From: Nanobdellota archaeon
Lineage (GTDB): Archaea; Nanobdellota; Nanobdellia; Pacearchaeales; GW2011-AR1
Assembly: GCA_038044745.1 (NCBI GenBank)
Contig: JBBSZK010000008.1
Location: 7,162 to 71,161 of the forward strand
Length of the DNA stretch: 64,000 nucleotides
Direction: 5' to 3'
Shown here: piece by piece, positions 41,154 to 50,220 of the stretch
How positions within the stretch are numbered: position 1 is the first letter of the stretch
Layout of the letters: each line of letters begins with the position of its first letter
Made by a program: the position numbers and the translations under genes
The notes under the pieces: model-generated
What the model saw: the letters and a program-made list of their open reading frames with translations, nothing else
Databases searched by the model: none
Told to the model about the DNA's origin: nothing

Positions 41154-42980
41154 ATGTGCGGCATAGCAGGGTTTACCTGGGCAGATTCTTCACTAATCAA
41201 GAAGATGACTCAAATAATCAAGCATAGGGGTCCTGACGATGTAGGGTTTCATGTGGCCTTAGGAATATCTTTGGGCCATAGGAGGTTGAGCATCATCGAT
41301 TTATCCCCCAAGGGGCATCAACCAATGTTCAATGAAAATAGAAACATTGCGGTAATCTTCAACGGGGAGATTTGGAATTATAAAAAACTAAAAGAAAATC
41401 TCGTCGAGAAAGGGCATTTATTTAGAGGGGCCTCTGATACCGAAGTTATAGTGCATGGCTATGAATCCTACGGAGAAAAAATTTGTTCTATGCTTGAAGG
41501 TATGTTTGCCTTTGCACTTTATGATCTGAAAAAGAGAAAACTTCTTCTTGCAAGGGACAAGCTCGGTAAAAAGCCGCTTTATTATACCGAAACAAAGAAA
41601 GGATTACTGTTTGCATCAGAAATAAAATCGCTTACCGTTGATTCTCTCCCTCTCTCTCTTGATAGCGCGACACTATCTGACTACCTCTCTCAACGATTCT
41701 CCTCGAAGGATAGAACGATGTTCGATAAAATAAAAAAAGTAACGCCGGGAAGTTATATTATCTATAAGGATAAAAAATTAGAATCAAAAAGATATTACTC
41801 TCTCCCGGAGTTTAACGTAAGAAGCGAACCTCTTATAAAAAAAGCAGATTCGTTAATCAAGGATGCAATTCAAAAAAGACTTATGTCGGACGTACCCATA
41901 GGAGTTTTTCTCTCAGGGGGTCTCGATTCAAGCGCAATCGTGGCGTATATGTCCCAGATGTCCTCTAACATAAAGACCTTTTCGGTCGCTTTCAATAGCA
42001 AAGTAGACGAATCGAAGTATGCTCGAATTATCGCAGAAAAATTCAAGACAGAACATCACGAAATTAGAGTAGATTCTGATCTTCTACACTATCTTCCCGA
42101 AGTAATATGGCATCTTGATGAACCTCTTGCAGATCCCGCCTGTCTTCCCACATATTTTCTTTGTCGAGAAGTATCAAAACATGTAAAAGTCGCATTATCG
42201 GGAGAAGGCGGGGACGAAATCTTTGGGGGATATCAAAGTTTCAATTATATTCCTGAGATAAAATTTATTCAAAATCTTCCAAGGCCCTTTAGATCGGCCT
42301 TTGCAGCATATGCATTCGCCATCGCAAAATACAAAACGTATCCAGAAAAACATAAGTTTCTCGCAATTGCTAATATTCTCAAGAAAACGTCTTTAAAAGA
42401 ATCGTTTAAGGAGCTTTTTTATTTCGCGTTTGATACAAAAGAAAGGTTAGCACTATTTCCAAGAGCATCAGAAGAAGATGCTTTTGACCGTATCTTTGCA
42501 GAGTCTTCTTCATTAGAGGGGGCGGCTCAAGCTTATTATTTCAAGGAATGGCTGCCAAATGACCTTCTCATGAAGGCCGATAAAATGAGCATGGCCTTCG
42601 GTTTGGAGGTGCGAACCCCCTTTCTTGATCAAGATCTTCTCGAATATTTTTCTGGCCTAAACCCGCAAGAGAAGCGAAAAAGAAAACTTTTCAAACAAGT
42701 AGTCGCGAATTATCTCCCTCCCGAGATTCTAAACAAAAAGAAACAGGGTTTCACACTTCCCCTATTTGAATGGTTTGGAAATAGAGAAATACTAGAACGA
42801 GTTCGTCCCTTTCTTGAAAGATTAAAAAAAAGAAACATTTTTTCAGAGGAAGTCATCGAAGCTCTTTTGCAAAACGCCACCGCATTTAAAAATGAACATA
42901 AAATTTGGGTATTGCTTAATTTTGAAATTTGGTATGAACTATATATGGAAAAAATCCCTTTGAAGGAGATAAATCTATGA
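41154..42980 (+). CDS. asnB: asparagine synthase (glutamine-hydrolysing)-like amidotransferase
   Basis: N-terminal MCGIAGF nucleophile and SGGLDSS PP-loop. Confidence 0.85.
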   Translation: MCGIAGFTWADSSLIKKMTQIIKHRGPDDVGFHVALGISLGHRRLSIIDLSPKGHQPMFNENRNIAVIFNGEIWNYKKLKENLVEKGHLFRGASDTEVIVHGYESYGEKICSMLEGMFAFALYDLKKRKLLLARDKLGKKPLYYTETKKGLLFASEIKSLTVDSLPLSLDSATLSDYLSQRFSSKDRTMFDKIKKVTPGSYIIYKDKKLESKRYYSLPEFNVRSEPLIKKADSLIKDAIQKRLMSDVPIGVFLSGGLDSSAIVAYMSQMSSNIKTFSVAFNSKVDESKYARIIAEKFKTEHHEIRVDSDLLHYLPEVIWHLDEPLADPACLPTYFLCREVSKHVKVALSGEGGDEIFGGYQSFNYIPEIKFIQNLPRPFRSAFAAYAFAIAKYKTYPEKHKFLAIANILKKTSLKESFKELFYFAFDTKERLALFPRASEEDAFDRIFAESSSLEGAAQAYYFKEWLPNDLLMKADKMSMAFGLEVRTPFLDQDLLEYFSGLNPQEKRKRKLFKQVVANYLPPEILNKKKQGFTLPLFEWFGNREILERVRPFLERLKKRNIFSEEVIEALLQNATAFKNEHKIWVLLNFEIWYELYMEKIPLKEINL

Positions 42981-43996
42981 ATTCAAAGAAAGACCTTCCA
43001 AGGGTAAGCTTTATTCTCGGTATTCTTAACGCTGAACGAACTCTAGAAGAATGTTTAAACGGCATCTGTATCCAAGACTATCCTCGCGATTATTTTGAGG
43101 TAATAATAATCGATGGCGGTTCAACCGACAAGACTCTGCAAATTATCGATTCCTTCATGCACAAAGAAAAGAATATCTCTCTTCTCCATAATCCGAAAAA
43201 ACTTTCAGAAGGTCGTGGCATGAGCAAGGACATGGGAATACAAAAAGCAAAAGGAGATATTGTAATCTTGCTCGATCATGATAACTTAATTTCAGACCCT
43301 CGCTGGCTGAGGGGGATAGTACTTCCCTTTAGAAATAAGCAGGTTATGGCCTCTCAATCCCTTTTAGAGTTCAGAAAGGAGGACTCAAATTTTCTCAAAT
43401 ATATAAATGCAGCAGGGGTTGAAGACCCCTTCGCGATACCCTACTCCCTCGTTGCACAGGTGCAGTTATATCCCCATAAGTTCCAATTAGAAGAAAATGC
43501 CTATTATCTCCACAGACTTAATCCAAATTCAGTGCTCTTTGGAGGAGCAAATGGCTGTGCGTTCGTAAAAGAAGTTTTTGAAAAAATCGGAGGGTACACA
43601 CGAGATGTAGATGTTTTTGCAAAAATGGCCGAACATCGCATGCTTGTCGCAGTCCCTAAGCACGTGAAGTTGTACCATAAGACCGCAAGCAATCTATGGA
43701 CATTCATGAAGAAGAAAGGGCTCTATTTCTATCGTTTCATAAATAAGGAATATGCTGAAAAAGATTTTCAATGGGTCAAACCTGGGTTCGCAAACACGCT
43801 TCGATTTTTCCTCATGGTCGCGTCAAATCTTTCGTTCGCGGTACCGAGCGTCTTGGCTTTTCAAAGAACGTTTAAAACTGGGCGACTCTTTTGGCTCCTA
43901 CACCCCTTTTATGTCTTCTTCGTTACGCTCGAGTATGGATTAATAACCCTCTTAAAACTAAAAAACTTCTTCTCGTACGCCCGCATCAAATCTTAA
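42977..43996 (+). CDS. family 2 glycosyltransferase
   Basis: VSFILGILNAERTL...IIIDGGSTD...LDHDN GT-A motifs, followed by C-terminal TM helices. Confidence 0.75.
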   Translation: MNSKKDLPRVSFILGILNAERTLEECLNGICIQDYPRDYFEVIIIDGGSTDKTLQIIDSFMHKEKNISLLHNPKKLSEGRGMSKDMGIQKAKGDIVILLDHDNLISDPRWLRGIVLPFRNKQVMASQSLLEFRKEDSNFLKYINAAGVEDPFAIPYSLVAQVQLYPHKFQLEENAYYLHRLNPNSVLFGGANGCAFVKEVFEKIGGYTRDVDVFAKMAEHRMLVAVPKHVKLYHKTASNLWTFMKKKGLYFYRFINKEYAEKDFQWVKPGFANTLRFFLMVASNLSFAVPSVLAFQRTFKTGRLFWLLHPFYVFFVTLEYGLITLLKLKNFFSYARIKS

Positions 43997-45098
43997 CCGC
44001 ACGTACTACTATATCTAATCCGCCCTTGTTTATTTGTCGATAGCTGCGATTAGCTCTTCGGCCGAACGTAAGAAAGTTTTTGCTCTTTCCAAGGAAGTAC
44101 TTATAGAACAAGTGAACGTAGAGGTTAGCTAGAAGCGTCCAGCACTCCACCACGTTAAAATGTTCTATTTTAAAACCAGTTTTTTTCATCAAGTCGCGCA
44201 CAGAGTGGTTTGTGTACTGGCGTTCATGCTGCATATAGGTAACGGGGTGTAGGTAGTGCAAGAAGTGGTTATTGGGCACAGAGATAATAAGTTTACCCCG
44301 GGGTTTTAAGAGAGAACGAATGCCCATCAGAACCCTATCATCGTTCTTTAAATGTTCGAGTACCTCACACATAACTATCTTATCATAATAGTTCTTTTTT
44401 AGAAGATTATCTTTTGTGATATCTCCTTCAACTAGCTTTGTTTTGTGTAGATAATGGGCTGCCTTTTTAAGTTTCGGACCATCTATATCGACAGTCCAGC
44501 ATTCTCTAACCTTATCTTCAAGAATCATCTCGATTTCAGGAATGTTCGATATGCCGATATTCAAAACTTTATCTGTTTTTTTCGGATCAACAAGGTTAAC
44601 AAAATAATCGATGCGATCTTTTCCAAGGGGCGCAATTGATTTAAAAAACGCACGATAATTCTCTCGTAACTTTTCAAGGTTCGCAAGGTCAATTTCTGGT
44701 ACCGTTTTGTATGTTTTTAAAAGTTCAGGGGTTATTTTTTTAACATCGACAAAGCAAGAAATTCCTGTTTTCTTTGCAAAGAACTCGCCAAATTCTACTT
44801 GGTGATCGTTAATATGCTCCCCATACTTTTTTTGTCGAGGAACCGTAATGACTGGCTTTTGATAGTTCATAGAAACCTCTATAAGAGATGTAGCCGATTG
44901 AACAATAACAAGTCTCGCTTGGCGATAATACTCGTCCAAATTCGGCGCAAAATCAAAAAATTTAATATTTTTTGGCTTGTAAGTCCCTGCTCCAATCTGA
45001 GCAACTATACTTTCTTTAACATAGGGGGCAATTTCATCAATTCTTCGGATAAGCCTATCGAACTGTCCGTCATGTGTACCGACCGCAACAAAAATCAT
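43986..45098 (-). CDS. Alg13-like (Glyco_tran_28_C/PssE-type) domain fused to a class I SAM methyltransferase
   Basis: N-terminus: IFVAVGTHDGQFDRLI...VIVQSATSLIE...PVITVPRQKKYGEHINDHQ. C-terminus: VLNIGISN...MCEVLEHL...LKPRGKLIISVPN. ATG 45098 overlaps the Alg14-like stop (ATGA). Confidence 0.65.
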   Translation of the reverse strand: MIFVAVGTHDGQFDRLIRRIDEIAPYVKESIVAQIGAGTYKPKNIKFFDFAPNLDEYYRQARLVIVQSATSLIEVSMNYQKPVITVPRQKKYGEHINDHQVEFGEFFAKKTGISCFVDVKKITPELLKTYKTVPEIDLANLEKLRENYRAFFKSIAPLGKDRIDYFVNLVDPKKTDKVLNIGISNIPEIEMILEDKVRECWTVDIDGPKLKKAAHYLHKTKLVEGDITKDNLLKKNYYDKIVMCEVLEHLKNDDRVLMGIRSLLKPRGKLIISVPNNHFLHYLHPVTYMQHERQYTNHSVRDLMKKTGFKIEHFNVVECWTLLANLYVHLFYKYFLGKSKNFLTFGRRANRSYRQINKGGLDIVVRAVKI

Positions 45099-45577
45099 AA
45101 AACACCGCCCCAATATTCTGACTTTTTACCATATTTGTGCATCATTTCTCGGTGTTGTACCAAGAATCTATCTGCAAAAAGGTAACAAAAGCGCGCAGAC
45201 CAGTTTGGGGTTTTGACTCGAATAATGGTGTCCATAAATACAACAGGTATAGAAAGGAGCCTTCCAGCGATAACCGCAGGGATTGAAAGCTGCGCACCGT
45301 TGGTGACTATCGCTTCAACGCGTTCTCCTTTAAAAAGTCGAATCATTGCAATGAGCGTCTTGAGGTACCTAAATGGATTAAGTTTAAGCACATCAGGCGC
45401 AAAATAAAACGCAGGAAATATTCCCAAGAACGCGCGTGGAACAAGACCTCTTTTAAAAAAGTCTTCAGTAATGAGAATTGCCCGATTATCTTCCAAAACC
45501 TTCTCGGTAAAAATAAGTTTCATCTGACCTAAATGGCCTCCCTTTGAGGCAACTAATGCGATGTTCATTGTTTCCAA
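45095..45577 (-). CDS. Alg14-like (PssD/Cps14F-type) glycosyltransferase membrane-anchor subunit
   Basis: 160 aa. IALVASKGGHLGQM matches the Alg14 GSGGHxxEM region. Followed immediately by the Alg13-like gene. Confidence 0.65.
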   Translation of the reverse strand: METMNIALVASKGGHLGQMKLIFTEKVLEDNRAILITEDFFKRGLVPRAFLGIFPAFYFAPDVLKLNPFRYLKTLIAMIRLFKGERVEAIVTNGAQLSIPAVIAGRLLSIPVVFMDTIIRVKTPNWSARFCYLFADRFLVQHREMMHKYGKKSEYWGGVL

Positions 45578-46356
45578 ATACGATGATGTACTTTTAACCC
45601 TTGCGGGAGCGAATCATAAGCGCGCACTATAAACTGAAGCGGGGAGTACGCAAGGCGCAAACGAATGACTGCGAGAAACATCTCAAGAGACGCCTTGATG
45701 AGCTTAATCTTAGAATCGTCCTTACTCTCCCATATTGTTGACGTTTCAACAACCGAGAAACCTTTTTTTCTAAGCTTATAAAGAAGGTCTATATCAAAGG
45801 CCCATTTTGTAATCTGCATTTTATCGTGGACGTACATAATCGATTCTCGTCGGAATAGTTTTGCTCCGCACTGGGTATCTCTATAGGGAAATCCGAAGAG
45901 GCTCCGCACGACAAGGTTGAAAATAAAACTCTTGAACCTAAAGAGCAAACTCTGCCTGGTGACGTCGCTGTCCCTTCTCCAACGGGAAGCAATAATGCCC
46001 TGGTGCCTTCCTATCCGTTCTATAAGCATCGCAAAAGCCACAGGAGGCGTAGCCATGTCAGCATCAACAAATCCAATAAGGTCATTGGGACGCTGCAAGG
46101 CATCTTTGAACCCTTCCATCACTGCAAATCCCTTTCCTCCTTGCTTAAACTCAATCAGGCGAATGCGCTTGTTTGCACGGCTATATCTTTGAACAACGGG
46201 GGCAGTATGGTCTTGTGTATTATTGACTACAACGACAATTTCATAGTCCAATGCATCTTTTAACCTTAATTGCTCAAAATAAGACCCATACTGTTCAAGA
46301 AACAAAGGTATCCTTTTTTCTTCATTCTGAGCAGGAACCACGATTGAAACGCGCAT
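45565..46356 (-). CDS. family 2 glycosyltransferase (dolichyl-phosphate hexose synthase, Alg5/DPM1-like)
   Basis: VSIVVPAQNEEKRI...GFVDADMATP. Short soluble GT-A of 263 aa. Confidence 0.7.
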   Translation of the reverse strand: MRVSIVVPAQNEEKRIPLFLEQYGSYFEQLRLKDALDYEIVVVVNNTQDHTAPVVQRYSRANKRIRLIEFKQGGKGFAVMEGFKDALQRPNDLIGFVDADMATPPVAFAMLIERIGRHQGIIASRWRRDSDVTRQSLLFRFKSFIFNLVVRSLFGFPYRDTQCGAKLFRRESIMYVHDKMQITKWAFDIDLLYKLRKKGFSVVETSTIWESKDDSKIKLIKASLEMFLAVIRLRLAYSPLQFIVRAYDSLPQGLKVHHRIWKQ

Positions 46357-46377
46357 GTATTTCGGTATAGAAAAGCG

Positions 46378-46385
46378 TTTTTAAA
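46378..46385 (-). promoter_or_regulatory. internal TATA box (TTTAAAAA on minus), 21 nt before ATG 46356
   Basis: Read directly. Confidence 0.5.
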
Positions 46386-46408
46386 ACTACCTAGAACAAG
46401 CTAGAAAC

Positions 46409-47674
46409 CTACTTATCGGGTCGCGGTAACAAATCTTTCAGAGCAATTGCGAGCGTATACGCCAAAAAGAGAGCACCAGAACAAACTAAGGCTAAGCTAA
46501 ACTCCCTTTGCGTTTCATGGAAGAGGTAGAAAAGGATAATCTGTATGACGGGGAAGAGCAGGAGGAAGAAAGCGTGTTTTCCAATACGATTAATCGAAAT
46601 CTTGTAGAGGACAATAATGTTCGCAATTGAAAAGAACGAATAGGCAAGGCCCATAGTGAAAAGGAACTCCGCACCCCCCAAATAAGCATCCGAACCAAGA
46701 CCGATTATCCAAATTATCTCTTGCGGGATGAGGAGATAGAACACAAGGGCCGTCAAGGCGATAACCATCACAAACGCAATCGCTTTCTTCAGAATACGAG
46801 ACGTTTTATGTCCCTGTTCGAATCCCTCTGTCGAGAGGGGTAGCATGGCCTTGGCTACGGCCGCGCTAGAGAAGAATATTACCTTGCCTATGAGGGAGAT
46901 GAAAGCAAATTCGCCCGCATCTATCGGATTGAAGAATTTACGCGCAAAAAGGATATCGGTGCTGTAAAGAAGTACTACCGCCGTTATCGCAGCCAACACG
47001 GTCAGATTGCTTTTAGTAAAGTAAGAAGAGGTCTCTGTTTGACGAGTGTGTGCAACAACATCCCGTAACACGAACAAGCTTATAACGAATGCGAACGCAA
47101 GCCCAACAATTACTCCTATCATTGCCCCGTACACTCCAAGCCCAACAATAACTAAAGTAAGTGCAATGATTATCTTTAAGAAGGACTCTATAAGCAAACT
47201 GCTCCCAAGTGCAAAAAACCGCTTTTTACCTTGAATAATTCCTCGAGTAACGGGAATGGTAAACAATACAAAAAGGATAATTCCTGTAACGCCAACAAGC
47301 CCAGCAGGAATGGAAAAAAATGAGGAAAGGAAGGGAGTACAGGCTAGTAAAAGAATGAATCCTAAGAAAGCGAATGCGATTGATCTGCGCAAACTTCGAA
47401 TGAGGAGGTCTTTTATCTTGCCCTGTTCACGACGAGCATTGAATGCACTCGTGTATCTCGCAACGACGGTTTGTACGGCTTCAGTTGGAATGCTAAACAA
47501 ATACACGAAAGACATGAGGGCAGCAAGCACACCGTAATCAGAAGGGCCAAGCGTTCGAGCCATAGACATTTGGAATATGTAGTTAAGCACGTTGTAAAAT
47601 CCAAACATCACAAAGAGAACAACGCTCCCCCGAAATAATTCATCTTTTCCTATGGAAAAAAGTTTAGAAAACAT
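46409..47674 (-). CDS. Wzx-like flippase (MOP superfamily), second copy
   Basis: 421 aa, about 12 TM helices, embedded in the glycosylation operon. Confidence 0.6.
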   Translation of the reverse strand: MFSKLFSIGKDELFRGSVVLFVMFGFYNVLNYIFQMSMARTLGPSDYGVLAALMSFVYLFSIPTEAVQTVVARYTSAFNARREQGKIKDLLIRSLRRSIAFAFLGFILLLACTPFLSSFFSIPAGLVGVTGIILFVLFTIPVTRGIIQGKKRFFALGSSLLIESFLKIIIALTLVIVGLGVYGAMIGVIVGLAFAFVISLFVLRDVVAHTRQTETSSYFTKSNLTVLAAITAVVLLYSTDILFARKFFNPIDAGEFAFISLIGKVIFFSSAAVAKAMLPLSTEGFEQGHKTSRILKKAIAFVMVIALTALVFYLLIPQEIIWIIGLGSDAYLGGAEFLFTMGLAYSFFSIANIIVLYKISINRIGKHAFFLLLFPVIQIILFYLFHETQREFSLALVCSGALFLAYTLAIALKDLLPRPDK

Positions 47675-48686
47675 GTGAAAATATGCCTTCTCTGAAAATA
47701 AAGAATCCTAAAAGTATAACGACGAGCTGAAACGTCCAGATTATGTAAACAGAACGTTTTTCGGTTGCTTTAATGCCTATCTTTTGCTGGAGGTACAGCG
47801 TCAAATGCGTAAGCCCATATACCCGCGGATGTAGGAGCCCTAAGCTTCCATCTAACGCAGGTTTTCCAAACGAAGGCTTAATGAATGCTCCTCGGGACTT
47901 GAGAAACACCTCAACCATGATAGGCATGAAGAAGAACATCGCAATTTTTTCAAAATTCCCCAAGATTGCCATCATCGCAATCATACCTCCAATCGGATAG
48001 GTTAACGAGTCTCCAGGGAATATTTTCGAAGGGAAGAAGTTGTACACTAAAAATGCAACCAGGGCCATAACAAAACAGAGCCCCAAAAGAGCAAGCCATG
48101 TGTTTCCTGTAAGGTACGCGACAAGGCTAAGTGAGCCAAGAATAAGTACTCCCTGTCCCGCCTCGAGTCCATTGAAACCTGCAAGAAAATTGAACGTGGT
48201 TGCGGCCCCAACAATCCCAAGCGGTATCAAAACGAGCGGGTACAAGAGCCCCAAGTCCACAAGTCCAAGAAAAGGGATATCCATGGTGGCCCTTCCCGCG
48301 TTAATAACGACAAGAGGCAACGATGCAACAATCACAAGAATGATGCGCGAGCGCCGTGAAAGTCCTCCTCGTTGCCAACCCAATAAATCATCCATAAATC
48401 CTATACCGCAGAGCAGAACAAGCGTCACCAAGAGCCCGAACATTTCAACAAGGTAGGATGAAGAGTGTAAGTAAAATACGCGGTATGCAATGAAAATTAA
48501 CATGGACACTACAAAAACACCCACAACTGCCGCACCACCGGAGCCCGCAACCAAGGGTTTGCTATATTTGTTCACATCGGGCCAAACCAATTTAATTTGG
48601 TGCGCCTTACGAATCCAATAAGGCACAATCAGCAATGCAAGGAGAAAACTCAAGAAGGGGACACTAAGGAGTAGCGCGTCAGCCAT
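47664..48686 (-). CDS. aglH: UDP-GlcNAc:dolichyl-phosphate GlcNAc-1-phosphate transferase (AglH/Alg7, MraY-like)
   Basis: Polytopic 340 aa with GFMDDLLG and NFLAGFNGLEAG motifs of the polyprenyl-phosphate HexNAc-1-P transferase family. Confidence 0.8.
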   Translation of the reverse strand: MADALLLSVPFLSFLLALLIVPYWIRKAHQIKLVWPDVNKYSKPLVAGSGGAAVVGVFVVSMLIFIAYRVFYLHSSSYLVEMFGLLVTLVLLCGIGFMDDLLGWQRGGLSRRSRIILVIVASLPLVVINAGRATMDIPFLGLVDLGLLYPLVLIPLGIVGAATTFNFLAGFNGLEAGQGVLILGSLSLVAYLTGNTWLALLGLCFVMALVAFLVYNFFPSKIFPGDSLTYPIGGMIAMMAILGNFEKIAMFFFMPIMVEVFLKSRGAFIKPSFGKPALDGSLGLLHPRVYGLTHLTLYLQQKIGIKATEKRSVYIIWTFQLVVILLGFFIFREGIFSHVF

Positions 48687-48722
48687 TATAATCGAGAGTC
48701 TCCTTTTTTTTGCAGAATCATC

Positions 48723-48854
48723 TTACAACTCGTTAACCAAGTTTTCGGCATTCTCAATTTCAGACAACGTTCTACGTTCGCCACAATAGGGACAGACGTC
48801 TTTAATGGTGGGAGTCTCAAACCGGTAGCCGCACAGAGTACATAGGGTCTTCAT
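48723..48854 (-). CDS. 43-aa zinc-ribbon protein (below the ORF-track cutoff)
   Basis: Hand translation: MKTLCTLCGYRFETPTIKDVCPYCGERRTLSEIENAENLVNEL. It has a CxxC..x15..CxxC pattern. TATA 48875-48882 lies 20 nt upstream of the ATG. Confidence 0.5.
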   Translation of the reverse strand: MKTLCTLCGYRFETPTIKDVCPYCGERRTLSEIENAENLVNEL

Positions 48855-48874
48855 GAGGCTAGATCTTTCAAAGT

Positions 48875-48882
48875 TATTTAAA
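48875..48882 (-). promoter_or_regulatory. TATA box (TTTAAATA on minus), 20 nt before ATG 48854 of the zinc-ribbon ORF
   Basis: Read directly. Confidence 0.55.
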
Positions 48883-48922
48883 CGTTACTCCGAGGGTTAA
48901 TTGAAAGAAGTGTCGCTTTAAA

Positions 48923-49780
48923 CTAAAAAAGCAGAGGGGTAAGAAATACTTCCATGAGGGCCGCAAGAAAGAGAACAATAACTGCAACAATCACAAGGTT
49001 AAGCGAATCCTGAAGTATCTCCCAGAAGTCTTCCGAGCCAACTTGATGGCGTATGACTGCCACTGAAATAATTCCCCCCGCCAATGCAGCAATGAAATAA
49101 GCAGCGATTTCGGGTATACCATGTATTAGATATCGTATAAGTCCAAAGGGGAGTTCAGAGAGATTAGAATTGGTGAATATGGCTATTGCAGCAGCAATAA
49201 CGCTCGCATTCCACGCCAAAATAAAGATGACTCCTGCTCCAAAAACAAGTGAAAATACAAGTGTAAAAATAAGAACGTAAATATTGTTCGCAAAAATAAG
49301 GAATAATCGTTCTTTATTGCCCGCAAACGCCGTTTGTTGTACACCCTTTGAGCCACCGAACTGCGCAAGGCATCCATCGTACTGTTCAGGGCGATTTATC
49401 GCACAAAATGTTTCAATTTGTGCGCGATAGGTTTGCGTGGTTGGAAAGAGGATATACCAAAATGAAAACGCTACGACGAATCCCGTGAAGAGCCATAAGA
49501 ACGCCCAGAGCGCATGTTCGTGTTCTTGTAATAATCGAAACATTCCTTTCTGTTGCCCAACTTTTTTTTCTTCATACCGCAGCATATAGTACATGAAGGG
49601 CAGGGAAAACATAACGGTAAATGTGACTGTGAGGATGCCTGAATATTTTACGAGGACCGCATCACGAGAGAATATCCAATTTACAAGCAGAATCGCAACG
49701 CTCGCATAAAAAGCGCCCACAAAAAAAAGTTCCCACGGTTCGCGTTCGGCTTTGCGCGGACTTATCAATACCTCTAACAT
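48923..49780 (-). CDS. SpoIIM/DUF95-family membrane protein
   Basis: Six-TM protein with the IHGIPEIAAYFIAALAGG motif characteristic of the stage II sporulation protein M family. Confidence 0.6.
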   Translation of the reverse strand: MLEVLISPRKAEREPWELFFVGAFYASVAILLVNWIFSRDAVLVKYSGILTVTFTVMFSLPFMYYMLRYEEKKVGQQKGMFRLLQEHEHALWAFLWLFTGFVVAFSFWYILFPTTQTYRAQIETFCAINRPEQYDGCLAQFGGSKGVQQTAFAGNKERLFLIFANNIYVLIFTLVFSLVFGAGVIFILAWNASVIAAAIAIFTNSNLSELPFGLIRYLIHGIPEIAAYFIAALAGGIISVAVIRHQVGSEDFWEILQDSLNLVIVAVIVLFLAALMEVFLTPLLF

Positions 49781-49803
49781 CTCTCCTCGGTCGTACAGGA
49801 CGC

Positions 49804-50208
49804 TTAAATAGTTTTTCTAGCCCGCGTTCGTTCGTTCTCTATACGAGAAAGAATAGTTTCAAATTCATTTTGAAGCGCCTGCAGCTGTGTCTGAGACTCA
49901 TTTCGCATGCGGGCAAGGTTCTGAAGTTGACTTTGAATAATTGTTTGCACGTCAGAAATTGATTTTTTAACCACGACTCCCGCACCCGCATCAACAAAAA
50001 TTTGTTTGCTCTTCAAGGTCGCCTCAAGAAAGATACCTTTACCCATCGAAGAAAAGAAATTTTTTTCTGTAGTCCGCGCAAGGAATGAAAGATGCCCCAA
50101 AAAATCAGTAAGTTCCACAACTTGCTTGTCAATAAATGAGATGCGCTCTTCAACAAGTTCTGACTCGCCATGCAACTGCTGTACGCTTTCAATGAGTGTT
50201 TGATTCAT
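49804..50208 (-). CDS. pfdA: prefoldin alpha subunit
   Basis: 134 aa, coiled coil - beta hairpins (VDAGAGVVVKKS) - coiled coil. Sits in the conserved position downstream of secY/DUF106. Confidence 0.7.
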   Translation of the reverse strand: MNQTLIESVQQLHGESELVEERISFIDKQVVELTDFLGHLSFLARTTEKNFFSSMGKGIFLEATLKSKQIFVDAGAGVVVKKSISDVQTIIQSQLQNLARMRNESQTQLQALQNEFETILSRIENERTRARKTI

Positions 50209-50220
50209 AGTCGGGGCGCT

